A stretch of 62,683 bases of DNA, counting the filler, from Choristocarpus tenellus KU-1152 (lineage: Eukaryota > Protista > Phaeophyceae): the NCBI GenBank assembly GCA_964200185.2. It is 10 parts of 10 records of this genome, joined end to end, with 100 filler letters (N's around TTAATTAATTAA, not from the genome) between each part and the next. Parts side by side here need not be neighbours in the genome. Positions count along the whole stretch, not along the records: positions 11,486 to 27,192 come from CAXNAD020000944.1; 9 more parts are not named here. One strand, 5' to 3'. This document shows, one piece after another, positions 13,596-25,962 of this stretch (the stretch's first letter is position 1; every line of letters starts with the position of its first letter). A program made the translations under genes and the position numbers. Below the pieces are notes generated by a model. That model saw nothing but the letters and a program-made list of their open reading frames with translations. It had not been told where the DNA came from and made no database searches.

Positions 13596-14641
13596 TGTCA
13601 TTCACACCAAGCAAGTCATTTCCTACGTGACATTTTCATAGGTGTCAAGAAAAGGAGTCCTGATTTCTTCCCTGCCCTCATAATACCATTCTCCTGCCCG
13701 GAGTCTATTCCAAACTCAATAAGGACACCTACCATCCTTGCGTCCCCTTGCCCTTCTTTCCCATTTTCATCCATGTATGTCTTCGACCCCTGAAAGTGAA
13801 TTTTCGATGAAAATATTTGCTGGTGCAGCCTCCCAGAAAAGCACTTCGACTTTTCTTTTGTGTGTCTTCAAATGATAAGGTGTGCATGTTACCATACATG
13901 TGTATGTGTTCATTATCATCTATCTAATCTTTCTATATGCATGATGCCAATTATGCCAAGTCTCAATCTTGCCAGTGACATGCTGTTGTCAGGGTTGTTT
14001 CAGATGTTGGTTAAGATACGCTTGGCCCTCTCCTCTTGATTTCAGGCTTAGTCACTTGCCCAGCCGCACAGAAACGTACTTCTTTAAATAGAACAGTGAA
14101 TACCGTCTTCATCTCATGATTGTGGAACCAATCCCTCCCTTGGCTCAATATTCTTTAGTCCTCACCTTTTTTTCTTAAACCAGGTGAATTGTGTAGGTAT
14201 CATCCATACCACTCATGCACACATGGACAAAGGCCCGTAACCTCACACATGAATACATAAAACGCATACAAGGCCTCACCCCTTGATGATTTCTCCTCGA
14301 GCATTTTTCTCCCCAACTGAACCCATGCAACAGTATCCTTCAAAATTCTCCCCCTTCTCCCAGCTCGCGCCTCTTAGTTTCATCTTTGTTTCATACTGCC
14401 TCGCCAACATCAGCCCTGCCATCCTAAAATTGTAACTAGATATGCGTATGTATTCCGTGCTCCGGAATACATCGTATGCAGGTGCTAAATATAAACTCTG
14501 AAATATGCAATTAGATAAATGTAAAGGAGAAAGTGAAAGTTACCAGCATGTGTGCATGTACCTTTAATGATCAATTAACCTACCAGGAGGAATATGTGTA
14601 CTTCAGTATTATGTTCTTTTTGCCTATTATTCTGTTTGATT

Positions 14642-14904
14642 GATTCTAACTAACTGAGAAGTAGGCAGGGTTGTATTTTAACGATCCAGAGAAAGAGCAA
14701 ACATGTGCCGTTTTGTACAATTTCAGAAAGAGCCATTGCTAAATTGTGGTGTTACTTTCTGTGTGGGAAGAGGGGATATCAATTTTGCGTACACTATTGT
14801 GGATAAAATGCGATGACTTAGAGTGTTTTTATTGCATAGGGTGAGAAAAATAACTTCGAATGCAAAAGGGTTCAAACTTGCCTACCTCTCATTTGGTTCG
14901 GCTC
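14642..14904. mobile_element. MITE family C
   Basis: Aligns to 18290-18530; ends CCTCTCATTTGGTTCGGCTC; TSD ATT. Confidence 0.75.
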
Positions 14905-15079
14905 ATTGTCTTGGCACAACTTTCACAACCTCGCGTTTATGATATTTCACAGAGATCTACAAGTGTGCTTATTATGATCCATTATACTTTTTGCAACACA
15001 AATAGAGTACTTTGAAATATCTAACTCTAGAGGTCAGCACCGTCAAGCTTGAAAAAACGACGTATTATGTGTCCATAGA

Positions 15080-15333
15080 GAGTTAAATAATCTTAGAGGG
15101 TAGAGTCGCGTCCATTTGGGGGCGAAAATCCAAATTTGCAATTTTGATGTAATTTTAGCAATCCTGTTTGTTAGGAGATGTCAATATCCTTGTTCTAGAC
15201 ACCTTTTCATAACGTACATTCTACCTACTTCAAACATATTGGAGTAGGTAAAATGTCATTTAAAACCAGCGGGAAGCTAAGTCTCAAATGGACAAGCAGG
15301 GAAAAACTCATGCCCTCTAAGATACTTTCACTC
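15080..15333. mobile_element. MITE family A
   Basis: Both TIRs and the shared interior; flanks TAGA/AAGA. Confidence 0.85.
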
Positions 15334-18289
15334 AAGAGGGATCTCATTAGCAATTGTGCATACCCCAAGGGTGCGCACAAGAAGTGCCGACAGCTTCATG
15401 GATTCCTCGATTCAGCCCCCTCCAATCCATGTCGATCCTCATCCAGCTGTAGCATGTTATGGGCAGGCCGCAGTGGCATGAGCTCTGCCTCATCCTGTAA
15501 ACTCTGTTGAGTTATACTAAGTAGAACTAGGCTTGAGGATTTCAATAACAAATGCTCCCTATTGATTGAATGAAACTTTATGCTGTTTTTGTAGTATGGT
15601 CGTTGCCGACAAATATATAAATGTTGCTAAATGATGGAAAAATGACAATAACTCCCATTTTTTCTGATCTTTGTATGACTCAGACATGCAACATGCAGCT
15701 CTCTACTTCTGATGTGGACACTTCTTATACACTAGTTATGTAGGGCAATGTAAATGGATGATATATGTATGTGAGTGTGTGGGGGGCACACTATACCCAG
15801 AAGGTATGAATTCAAGTCCATGGTGATGAATAGAAGATACTATGACATATTCAGTAGGATATAAAATACATTATTATAATAGAAGAATAATACATTAATA
15901 GTACTTTTGAAGATTTCATTGAATATATGGTCACAGCAAAATAGTGCAACAAATTCCTTTGGAACGAGAGTCTGAAGACGAACAAGCAAGTAATTATTCA
16001 ACCCCTCATGTTATCAGGCAGAAAATGGAACACTGTGGAAGGATTAAAACTACAAATGGGGGCGTGAAGGAGGCCGATTGAAAGGTGGAAAAAATTAGAC
16101 AGATCACATTAAATTAGAAAATTTGTGGATGTTTCTTTATTTAAGATTATAGTTCATCAAGTAGTCCAAAGTGTTTGACAACTGCCACTAATAGTGAGGA
16201 GATACGCCGCAATTGCCATAGTTCCTTCTGAGTAGTCACTTACTCCCTCTCAAGTCCCACACGGCATTGTGAATCTGAAGGAAAATATGATGATGCAACA
16301 TATTTTCTCAAAGTAACCCTGTTAAACACATAGAATCTGCTGTTCAAAGACACACTAAAATGATTTTCATTTCTTCAGGTCAGTATTATCTCAGGAGAAG
16401 AGAAATCAAGGGTGTGGTGTGGTGTGTGTGTGTGTGTGTGTGTGTGTATGTATCAGTGACCATGTCATTCCTGTCACATTGTTGATTGTTGTTTCCCTGG
16501 TGGCCACACTGAGGTTCAGAATAATACACTCAACTGTGGTCCAACTCGTTCCACATGGACTGTCAAGGATCAAGGCGATGCTGATTTTGATAGGCTTAGC
16601 TTCAGTGTCATGGCGAGGCTGTAAAGGGTCACAAAGACCTTCCATAACCTAATCCTAAGCGTATCATGTAGGAGAAGGTCTTATGCTATAAGATTGGTCA
16701 TATGCTAAGCACACCACACCAATCCATCCCAACATAATTAGAAAATGTTGCAGAAGTTGCGACAGTCTAGTATGACTTACAGGGTCCAAGAAGCACTAAA
16801 AACCTTTACAGAGCGCCATATGAACATGTTCACAAAAAACAATTCTCCTACACCAACTTGTCCATATTCTGCAGCAGTATAATCAAAAAATGAATAATCA
16901 TATACGGCAAAGCTAAAAATAACTACTAGAAGCACCAATTGCACCAATGGTAATGATAATGATACAGTTAAACATTAGTTCTTACAAAAAAAAAGACACT
17001 AACTGGTGAACATTTTTTTTTGAAAAGGATCACTCATCTCTCCGTATCTGCTTTATTTTATTGAAGTCCATATTGACAACAAAACCTCTTCTCTCATTTC
17101 ACCTTCAGTGCCTCCAGCGGTGTAGCCCAGATGCCTTACAGTAAACAGTCTTGATCGTTTCTGTCCGTTCCCCCGGCATACTGTGGAGAAATGCAGAAAC
17201 GTATCACATTATGCTTACCGGTACTTCCTGTCTCGTAAGCTGATTAATGTACCACACGCTCACACATGAACGCAAAACAATATTATTTGGTGCAATATTT
17301 ACAGATTATTCTCAATTTGAAGGTGTGTTCGGGATTTGGGTATAGGAAAGGGAGGGGGAAGGGGAATTGAAGAAGGGAGGGATCGGTATGAAGTGGAGGA
17401 GATAAGGTACGGGGGGAAGAGGATAGAGACAAGAGATATAGTACTGTAGGAAAATAAAGTGTTAGGGGAGACAGGAGAAAAATGGGAGCAGAAGAAGAGG
17501 GTCTCGAAAATATGAGCGGAGGAGGGGTGGGGGGTGGGGGGTCGGGTTGGTTTAGAATGAAGGAGGAAGGAGGGGAAGTCCACCCCCAACACGAATTGAT
17601 GTAGAAGTGGTGACTATTGCAATAACCTCTAGCACACTAGTATCCTAGTGCATAAACGACCTTGGATGGTCGAGAGCGCTTTATGGAATGCTGCAACCTT
17701 CCTTCAGCCACTACTCTGTAGCGACCCATACAACTCTGCAAGTCATATATATCTACAGAGTAGAAATTTCAGAGCTCTCTAATGCCCTGAAGGGGAGGGG
17801 GAGGGGGGGGAATCTCGAGTTCTAGAGGGGCCTCTGGTTGATATGTATACACATGTGGGATAAAGAGATCTGTACATATGCTCTAGCTGGCATTCAATTA
17901 TTTTAGCTCACAGGGTCAGGGATTGGGGGACAATCTGCCCAATATGGAGAGTTAGCTTTGGGATTGAGTACAGCGATAACTGAGGTTCTGGAATATTTTG
18001 GAAAACAATATTAGATCGTTGGTGGTGCATCAGGGGTTCAACCCCCAGTAGATCTTCAGGTTAGTGTTGGTTTCAATCAATAATACACTCAAATTGTCGC
18101 GATTTTTGGGTGGGATTGATACCCACGCCATGAGTGCTTCTGCACCTAGAAGGAAAATATATAAGAACTCCGAAAGCCGGGAAGATCCATCATATTCGTC
18201 CAGGCATGAAGCAGCTTTCTAGTGTGGGGGTACTTGCAACGCCCCCCCGTCCCTGCCCCTGCCTCTCCCTCCCCTTCAAGGCACACTCT

Positions 18290-18530
18290 GAGCCAAACCA
18301 ACTGAGAGGTAGACAGGGTTGCATATTAAGAAAAAACGTCATTTTGTACAATTGAAGAAAGAGCCTTTTCTGAATTGTGGTGTCACGTTCTGTGTCTAAA
18401 GGAGGAATATCGATTTTGTATATACACTAATGTACCCATGAAGTAATGAAAGAGTGCACTGCACAGGGGGATAAAGATGGCTTTAAGCGCAAAATGATCC
18501 AAACCTACCTACCTCTAAGTTGCTCGGCTC
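18290..18530. mobile_element. MITE family C
   Basis: TIR GAGCCAAACCAACTGAGAGGTAG; TSD TCT. Confidence 0.8.
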
Positions 18531-19739
18531 TCTTGCAACCGAGCTGTTTTTCTGAGTTGCACTTCCGTTGTGGCAAGGGTGTGTAGATAACGACGAAATG
18601 GTCAAGGATGTTGATGGTTGTAGTGGTGCACCTTGGAAACTTATTCAAGAGAATAGTTCTCAGGGCTAGAATTCACAACAATGGATGTTCAATATAGTTT
18701 CTCGATAGGCATGCTTCTCAAATGTACACATTAGAAGCAACCTATCTGCAATAAAGTGTCAATAGTGAATCACAGCTGTGAATCGTGGGATTCAGTGGGG
18801 CCATAGTTTACACTGGTAGGGAAGATAAGATACAATACTGTCACCTACATGTGAAAGCTGCCCATTTCCAGTTTTATTTTCAACTTCAGAATCACCAGGC
18901 AAGACGGACCAGATGGACCAAGACCAACCATAACCGTGAGGACGACGTCAAGATTGGACAAGTGCAAGGTGAAGAGTGACGAGATTCAGGCTGGGCGGCT
19001 CTCAAGGGATCCCTCAGTGATTGGTTCCTCTCTGAATGATGCTGCCCTGTGGAATCATGCTTCTTCGCTAGGACCAGAGTTCTTGGGAAAAACATCAAAC
19101 GCTATGACGGTATATCGTGCGGCAATAAACGGTATGATGGTGGACAACCCTGCTTTCCACACAACAATCTTTCCAGTTATATAACTTTTACTGTAGCAAA
19201 CAGATGTGGGATATTTTATATATTATATTTATTATGCCCTCTGACATTTTGCAGATGTGTCAAGGGGGAAACCAATCTAAACTATACATATGTCAGTATA
19301 AGCCCTAAAGAAATAGAGTATTATAAATGTGAAAACCACCATTGCTTCCCATCTATGTGGGATATTTCGAAGAACTCCACAACTTTTCAGGTGGTCCAGT
19401 AGGGGGCAAGGATTAGGGTGAGGGATAATGCTGTACGCAAAAGCAAGCGATGCCTAGAATGACCGCGGCAGAGAGCATGTGACTTCCAAATATACAGCCA
19501 CATAAATCTTGTCCTCTACACTACCATATGTGACACACACACACACATATATATATATTGTTGGGACTTTTTGCTGCAAAACGTGAACAAGAATACACCA
19601 ACGTATCAATTAACAGTTGGGGATGTATTGTGGCACCTGACAATTAACAGGGACATAGGATCTCTACTATTATCCATTCGTTCAGTATAATGATTGGTTT
19701 GGGTTATCATTCTACGATCTTGAAAATCTTGAAGTCATG

Positions 19740-20460
19740 CTCATCACTCCTATGATCTGTAACTATCAAAATCGTGCAATCTCTCCATCAGAAACCTTGA
19801 AGATAAATCAGGTTATATTGAAGAAACCACTCGTGGCGGCAACCTTTCTCCAAACTCCATCGCAATTTCTTCAATTTCCTGCAGAAAGGGGGACGGCTAC
19901 CCTTTACAACTGTTGTACTTTTGTTGGGTGTTTTAAAGCGCCTATAGCTGGCTTTTGACGGTGCATACCTGTATGTTCTGCTTACTTTGGAGATATCTCA
20001 CAACTTTTCTGTCAAACACCCTGGAATGGGAGTCATGGTGGCTCAGGAGATAAAGATGATGTCCAGCCCATCATAAATTTGGTTCCCTTAACAGCCAAAT
20101 GCTTTTCAATGAAGCCATCCTATGTTCAAAGGGGTGTTTTCTAGACTTAGGAATAAAGTTACCAAGAAAAAGACTGTTGGCATATATCATGGTCAAATAT
20201 TTGTAGCAAACAGGGAGGTGCAGTGATTTGTGACCAGAGAGAGCATGATATACTGGGCAGATTTATTTTAAACTAAGGACACAAGGCATTTGGCAACCGC
20301 AACGGAATCCAGGGTGTTTGATAGAGACTTTTTGATCTCTCCCTTGGGGTGGTGGTGTCTAGATGAAACAACCTGGAAATAGTGGATATAGAATTGTTAC
20401 CTGTGTCATACTTTGAAGTACCTCTTAGTCTTGTTACGCAGCTCTTGAAGTACACTTACC
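19740..20460 (-). pseudogene. Possible KDZ (Kyakuja-Dileera-Zisupton)-like transposase relic
   Basis: Frameshifted minus-strand fragments SKYDTG, IFDHDICQ and QYNLIYLQG..SDGEIARF*, in KDZ motif order. Confidence 0.35.
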
Positions 20461-20687
20461 TTCTGCAATAGATTATGAATTTCTGAGTTTAGCCTGTCCT
20501 TACTCCTCTCCTCATTAGAATATCACAGCCCTAGGTGTACAATGCAAAAGGAACAAGACTTGGCACAAAGGGGACTTTCTTCAGAGTCACACTTGACAAC
20601 GAAAATATAATAAGGCGTGTGCTTCGAAGTACATCAACCCAGAATTTGCAAATCGCTATTTTTTCCCTTCGAATTTTGCACCATTTT

Positions 20688-20948
20688 GAGTCAAAGCATC
20701 TTAGGGGGTAGAGCCGTGTCCGTTTGGGGGCCAAAATATCCAATGTTGCGATTTCGATGAAATTTTGGCTATTGTGCTTGTTAGGAAGTGTCAATATCCT
20801 TGTTCCAGACACCAATTTTCATAACGTATGCATTCTACCTACTCCAAAACATTTCAGAGTAGTTGAAATGTCATAATAAACCCGTGGGAAGCCAAACCCC
20901 AAACGGAAAAACAGGGCAAAACTTGTACCCTCTAACATACTTTCGCTC
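20688..20948. mobile_element. MITE family A
   Basis: Both TIRs; flanks TTTT/TTTC. Confidence 0.85.
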
Positions 20949-22857
20949 TTTCCTACCTCCAAAATAGGAATAACTCAGATTTACGGTAAAATATTGCAGG
21001 AGATATTTTTCTGGGTCAGGGGCATCATCGTGCCGAACGTTCAACAGAATTGTTGAAACGTACGTGCACACCCCCACACTCAGCAAGAATTTCAGGCACA
21101 GTATTGCACATTATTACCCCCCTCCACTAACCACCACCAATGCCTTTCTTGCATTGCTTAAGTTTATGATACGTTCAGCAAGCACAATATACTTGATTAT
21201 GAAGAGGAGGTGTAGTGGGAGAATGAACATGTTATCATGCCCTAAGTGGCAGTTGTTTTTAAACCTTATTGTGGTTAGCGTGTTGCATTGTAGGGTCAAT
21301 CCTAATCTATTGGACAAAACAACCTGGGAAGGAGTCAAGTTTGTCGAAGTAGCAACTCCAATCCACACGTGCTATGCTTGCTGTAAGTCTTACAGTGACC
21401 GCACACAATCCTAAAAACAACTTCCCAACAGCAGAGGTTATATGTTCCCTCTCTCACGGTGTAAAAAGCATGAATTCAGCAACACAATCTGTCTTGGGAG
21501 ATACCACGTCAATAGCTCCCCCCACAAGTGCGACTTCAAAAAAGTGCTCTTTTGTGCCAAGTCTTACGCCTGACACACGGTTTACCTTTCGAGCAGAGGT
21601 TTCCTCCAACTACACAACAATGGTAAGCTCCTCGATGGTAGGTTCATGTGCATGATCATGAACTCTAGTGAAGGAAGTGTGTTTCCCAGGTTGATTGAAA
21701 AGTTTGCTTTCTTGTAGTGCCAAACACTGCTACTATAATCAGCGTTGAGTCTCATAAGTCCTGCAGATATTGCTATGTGCATCGTTTGCAGGAAACAGAT
21801 AATTATTTCCATGTGGTAACCAAAGAAAGTAAGAAACCCAAGAGGGAGGATGCAGCCTCCTTGGAGACAATCCTAAGCTGATGGGCAAAATCTACAAAAA
21901 CCTGATAGTATCATAATCGTGTAACAAAAATAGGCCGTTCAACTGCTTGTGGTTTACTCATTTGAAATGCATGCAGATGGAAAATAGTCTTACGAGAATT
22001 CCAGATAGTCGTGGATGCGTGTTTCTGCTGGTGATGTAATCTACGCTGTACATTACTTTAGGGAGGAAGATCGTGATATTCAAAGATCTTAGAAGTGGGC
22101 AATTAATCTTTGGTCAGAATATTTGCCAAAGATCAATCTTTGTTACCACAGTGATTCTTGGCAACTCCTTTGGCATTATTACTTGAAGCTGATCCAGTTT
22201 AGCAAAAAAGCGAAGACGAAAATCTAGAGATCTACAATCACCTGGTAACAGAGCTTGTCATTTCCCTCAACTACACATCAATTTTGAAGTACCTAAAGCT
22301 CTACGATCTATTTACCAAGTCACCTAAATCTATAGAGAGATCAACACACCTAACTGTTATTTATCTACTACTTTTTGTAGGTCTCTTTTCTGCACTGGAA
22401 TAGCTCCCCGGATCTAGAGCTGTATCACTGCAGTGGGGACAATTCAACCTGATGACTCAACTCTCATTTCGGAGTATCTTACAGCTGAGATATTCCTTCC
22501 ATAATATGCTGAGGTGTGTTTAGACGTGTGTTGAACCCCTCAAAACCTACAAGGGCAAGGATGGCTGCATCACAAATGAAAAAGGTGGATGGTGTCATCT
22601 AAACTATCACATGAAGACTTAAGTGTATATGTTGTACATGCACTTTTTTTGCGAGGAATCTCCTGCATTTTGCGTGATGCTTTCTTCCATCAATACTATT
22701 TAGATGAATATGGGATGCCAGAGCTAACTACCATCAACCTCATTTTCTCTCCAGGAACCTCACTTTCATGCATCACCTATTGTTCTTGTCAGTCACAGAG
22801 TACTGCACCAGTATTAAACTCTCTGGCATCTTACATATATACTTGCTTTGCACAAGG

Positions 22858-25800
22858 TCATGACATGAGCTTTGCCACCCACTTTGACTTGTCTAGCCTA
22901 TCCTTGGCACGATTGGCAAGTTTTTTGGCTCCCTTCTGTGCAGCCAATGTTGAGTCCTTAGCACTCTTCTTGATAAAATCTATTTCCTCCAGTCTTAGGC
23001 GCATATTTCGCTTTTCAAGCATTGAAGATGAAGGGTGTGTAAGGCAATTTGGGAATGCGGGGCGTGGATTAGCTTTCAAGAGTGATGACATATATTCAGC
23101 TCCTTCCATTGCTGAATCTTTGCCATCCAATATCAGTTGTGCAACCTCTAGAGTGACACAATCAGTGAAAGGGTTCAATTTTGACTGCGTCTAGATGTGA
23201 GACTTTTTTATAACCTTATGTAGTATACACCATGCCCATGCCTGCAAAATAGTTATCCCCCTCAGAAAGTGATTGTTGTACAAGTGAAAAATTAGCTTTG
23301 ACATTATTGTTACTCAAAAGCGCTCTTCACATTGCTCAGAACACATGTACTACGAGGCAGTTTCTGGCGCCCTTTAAATTCATTACACCCCTCTCTCAAA
23401 TATTATCGATCTTTGCTTAATCCACAACAAGTACATATATTGTCAAGTGCTTCCTACAAGTTCCTGACAGATTATTTGTCATACTCAAGCGGGAAATAGC
23501 AACGTGAGAATGTTCGAGGTCAGCTACTTCTGTGGCCTGCAGAGGGCTAAATATTGGCACATGGGGTAGGGGAAACTCTCGATAGCAAATAGAGGAAGCA
23601 AGTAATACATACATTGTATTTCTCACCTCTTTCTTGCCAATGCCTTCCGCTTCCTTGATGATCCTTACCCGAGTTTCTTCGAAGAGATTCATCTTCCTAT
23701 TCCAGTATTTCTCTCCCAAGAAATGCTTTCGCATCTCTCTCTGTTGAATTAATTGCCAGGGGACACAGGGATTGGATCATGGGGAAGAAGTGATACCAGT
23801 AATGAGAGCTCTCACATAGAGTTGCTGAGGATAGTGTTGAGCAATGTTTTGTGCTACGACAATAATGCTATCATATTTGGCATATTTATTTCTGTATTGA
23901 GCCTGATATAGATCTACCTCAAAGGATACTTTCTTGCATAGAGTGATACTCCTTTGTCCTATAAGTGTGCGACTTTAAGAGGGTACTTTCTCGAGATGAC
24001 TCCCGATGAAAAAAGTTTTTAACCTTGGATTCCTTAATGTTATTTAAGTGAAAATCGTTCGTCACTTTTCTCATGCCCATCAATCCACCAATTCACCGCC
24101 GCGTTGAAAGTCTCTCTGTTCATTCTGATCGATTTTGGCAGACTTCCCTCTGCCTTTTTTTAGTTCCGGTGTACTGTACCTCGAAATGGTTATCCACTGA
24201 GCCTTCAAAACTTGATTGTACTGCTTAAAGAGGCTCTGCCACACCCTCTCTAATGTACCTGTGTCGTACATGTCGTACATTTTCTTTTCCCCCTTCACAA
24301 GGTTGTCTATGGTACCGTTATGCTCCCTCCAAACTCTACTTTTTAGGGATGCAAAGAACCCCAAATCATTGATATTGAGATCAGGTGACTGCGCGGGTTG
24401 CGTTACGAGCTTGACGTTCCACCCCCTCTCCCTCCCGGCTTCGTTGAGCTTCCACGGCGTGTCTTTTCCGTATGGGGGGTTGCTTTGTCTTGTTGCGCAA
24501 CCACCTCTTCACCCTCCAACCATAACATTTTCCCTTCAATTCAATGCGAGAGAAACGTCTCCACGTACCATTCCGGTACCGCTCGGCGTCAATGGTCACA
24601 TCGAAATCGTACTACTGCTGTTCCCTCTCGCGGCTGGCTAAATTTCTCTGTACCTGCTTGATCGCACAAACACGCCAGATTGCGATCTTGCTGTCGAAAT
24701 CGAGGGAAGCATCTGGGCGCGAAATGGCTCAGATGAATATCACCTTAGGAATGTGAATCTTGTGCTGCACCTTGGTGGAGCCCAACATTTTCTCCCCGGC
24801 CCACCTTCTTAAAAGTTTCTTACATAGTGGTGGTGGCAAAACGTAGCGTACGACTAGTGTGTTTCGACCTTCCTCGCTCAGTTCGCAATTTTTTCCCCAG
24901 ACCGATGGGCTCACATCGCAGATGGTCCATAAGGTAAGTGGGAGTTGTATGACTCATGGCGAGCTGTTAAGATGCTGTGTGACGATGGGGGGGCATCGTA
25001 ACCGGTAACAGCGCAGGGCAGTCACTGTCGAAAAAAATCGTTTTTTCGGTTCCCCTTCTCGGAACAAAATCATAAATACTTCGAAATAAAATGGGAAAAC
25101 CCCAAATCCCCTCAAACAATTATATCCACACCTTCAATTTAAGGCATGTATCGTAAAGAAAGTCTCCGTATTCGTGAAGAAACAGCAAACAAAAAGTGAA
25201 CATTCAAAACGTCACAGATTTATAGGACAGAGGGAGAATATACTTGAGTACATAGTTTAGAACCGTTGAAAAGTCTAGGTCTGAATCTCTGTTAAAAATG
25301 ATATTCTATAGTAGTGAAGGGTGCTGACACCAATAACGTGAAAAATACCTGTAAATTGGCCACAGGATAGAACATCTTTGGAAAATTCCTGTCAAGCTGC
25401 AGGAACTTCTTGTAGGTAAACTGTTGGCAGGAATAGGAGTGATGTTGATGCACATATTAGATGCAGAAGAGGTTGGTTGAAAAACTTTGTTGTTTACAGT
25501 TGGACTTCTCTCTTGAGATGTGGACTAATGAATATGAACTCCCTTGCTATCACTTTGCTTAAGCAGCATTTCGGTGTGAACAAAGAGGAAGTTGTTGATA
25601 GGAAGTCATCTTGTAGGCACTGAGCAAATAATATTTTTAGGTTCATTGGAGTGGTACCTGACCCCCAATCCACCTCAATTCAATGACCACTACTCTGAAA
25701 AATAATAGCAGTGAAGCTCATCATTCAAGCAGTCGAATTTCTTTCTAACAGGCAGCTGCCTTGTCCCATGCCTGACCTGCCCCATTCCAGCAACATCTCC

Positions 25801-25962
25801 CTCCCTCAGGGCTTTCAAAATCGGGCCAGTGTTCGTCTTGTGAATATCGTTAAGTAGAGACAAGAGGTCATCGAAGGAGACATAGCCCTTTCCATTGTCG
25901 TAGACAGTGTAGGCATACTGCAAGAGTTCTGACTTTCCGAATAGGCAGTACGAACAAATCAC
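22858..25962 (-). CDS. EF-hand / calcineurin-B-like domain protein, 3' part, at least 4 exons
   Basis: Phase-0 GT-AG exons 25777-25962 (YCLFGKSELLQYAYTVYDNGKGYVSFDDL), 25349-25420 (FLQLDRNFPKMFYPVANLQ), 23627-23740 (REMRKHFLGEKYW) and 22858-23190 (terminal, ...KLMS*). A further small exon near 23460-23537 is possible. Confidence 0.7.
23949..25236 (-). mobile_element. Defective Tc1/mariner (DD39D, Stowaway-type) element in an intron of the EF-hand gene
   Basis: TIRs TA|CTCCTTTGTCCTATAA ... TTATAGGACAGAGGGAG. Broken transposase motifs HIPKVIFI, FDSKIAIW and VTQPAQSPDLNINDLGFFASLKSRVW. Confidence 0.85.

Noticed and set aside
13735-14423. Possible minus-strand exons 14280-14423 and ~13735-13790
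   Set aside because: Splice sites and phases are plausible, but there is no recognisable protein and no further exons; not supportable without RNA data.
22589-23194. 201-aa plus-strand ORF
   Set aside because: It is the antisense shadow of the EF-hand gene's terminal exon and has no recognisable motif.
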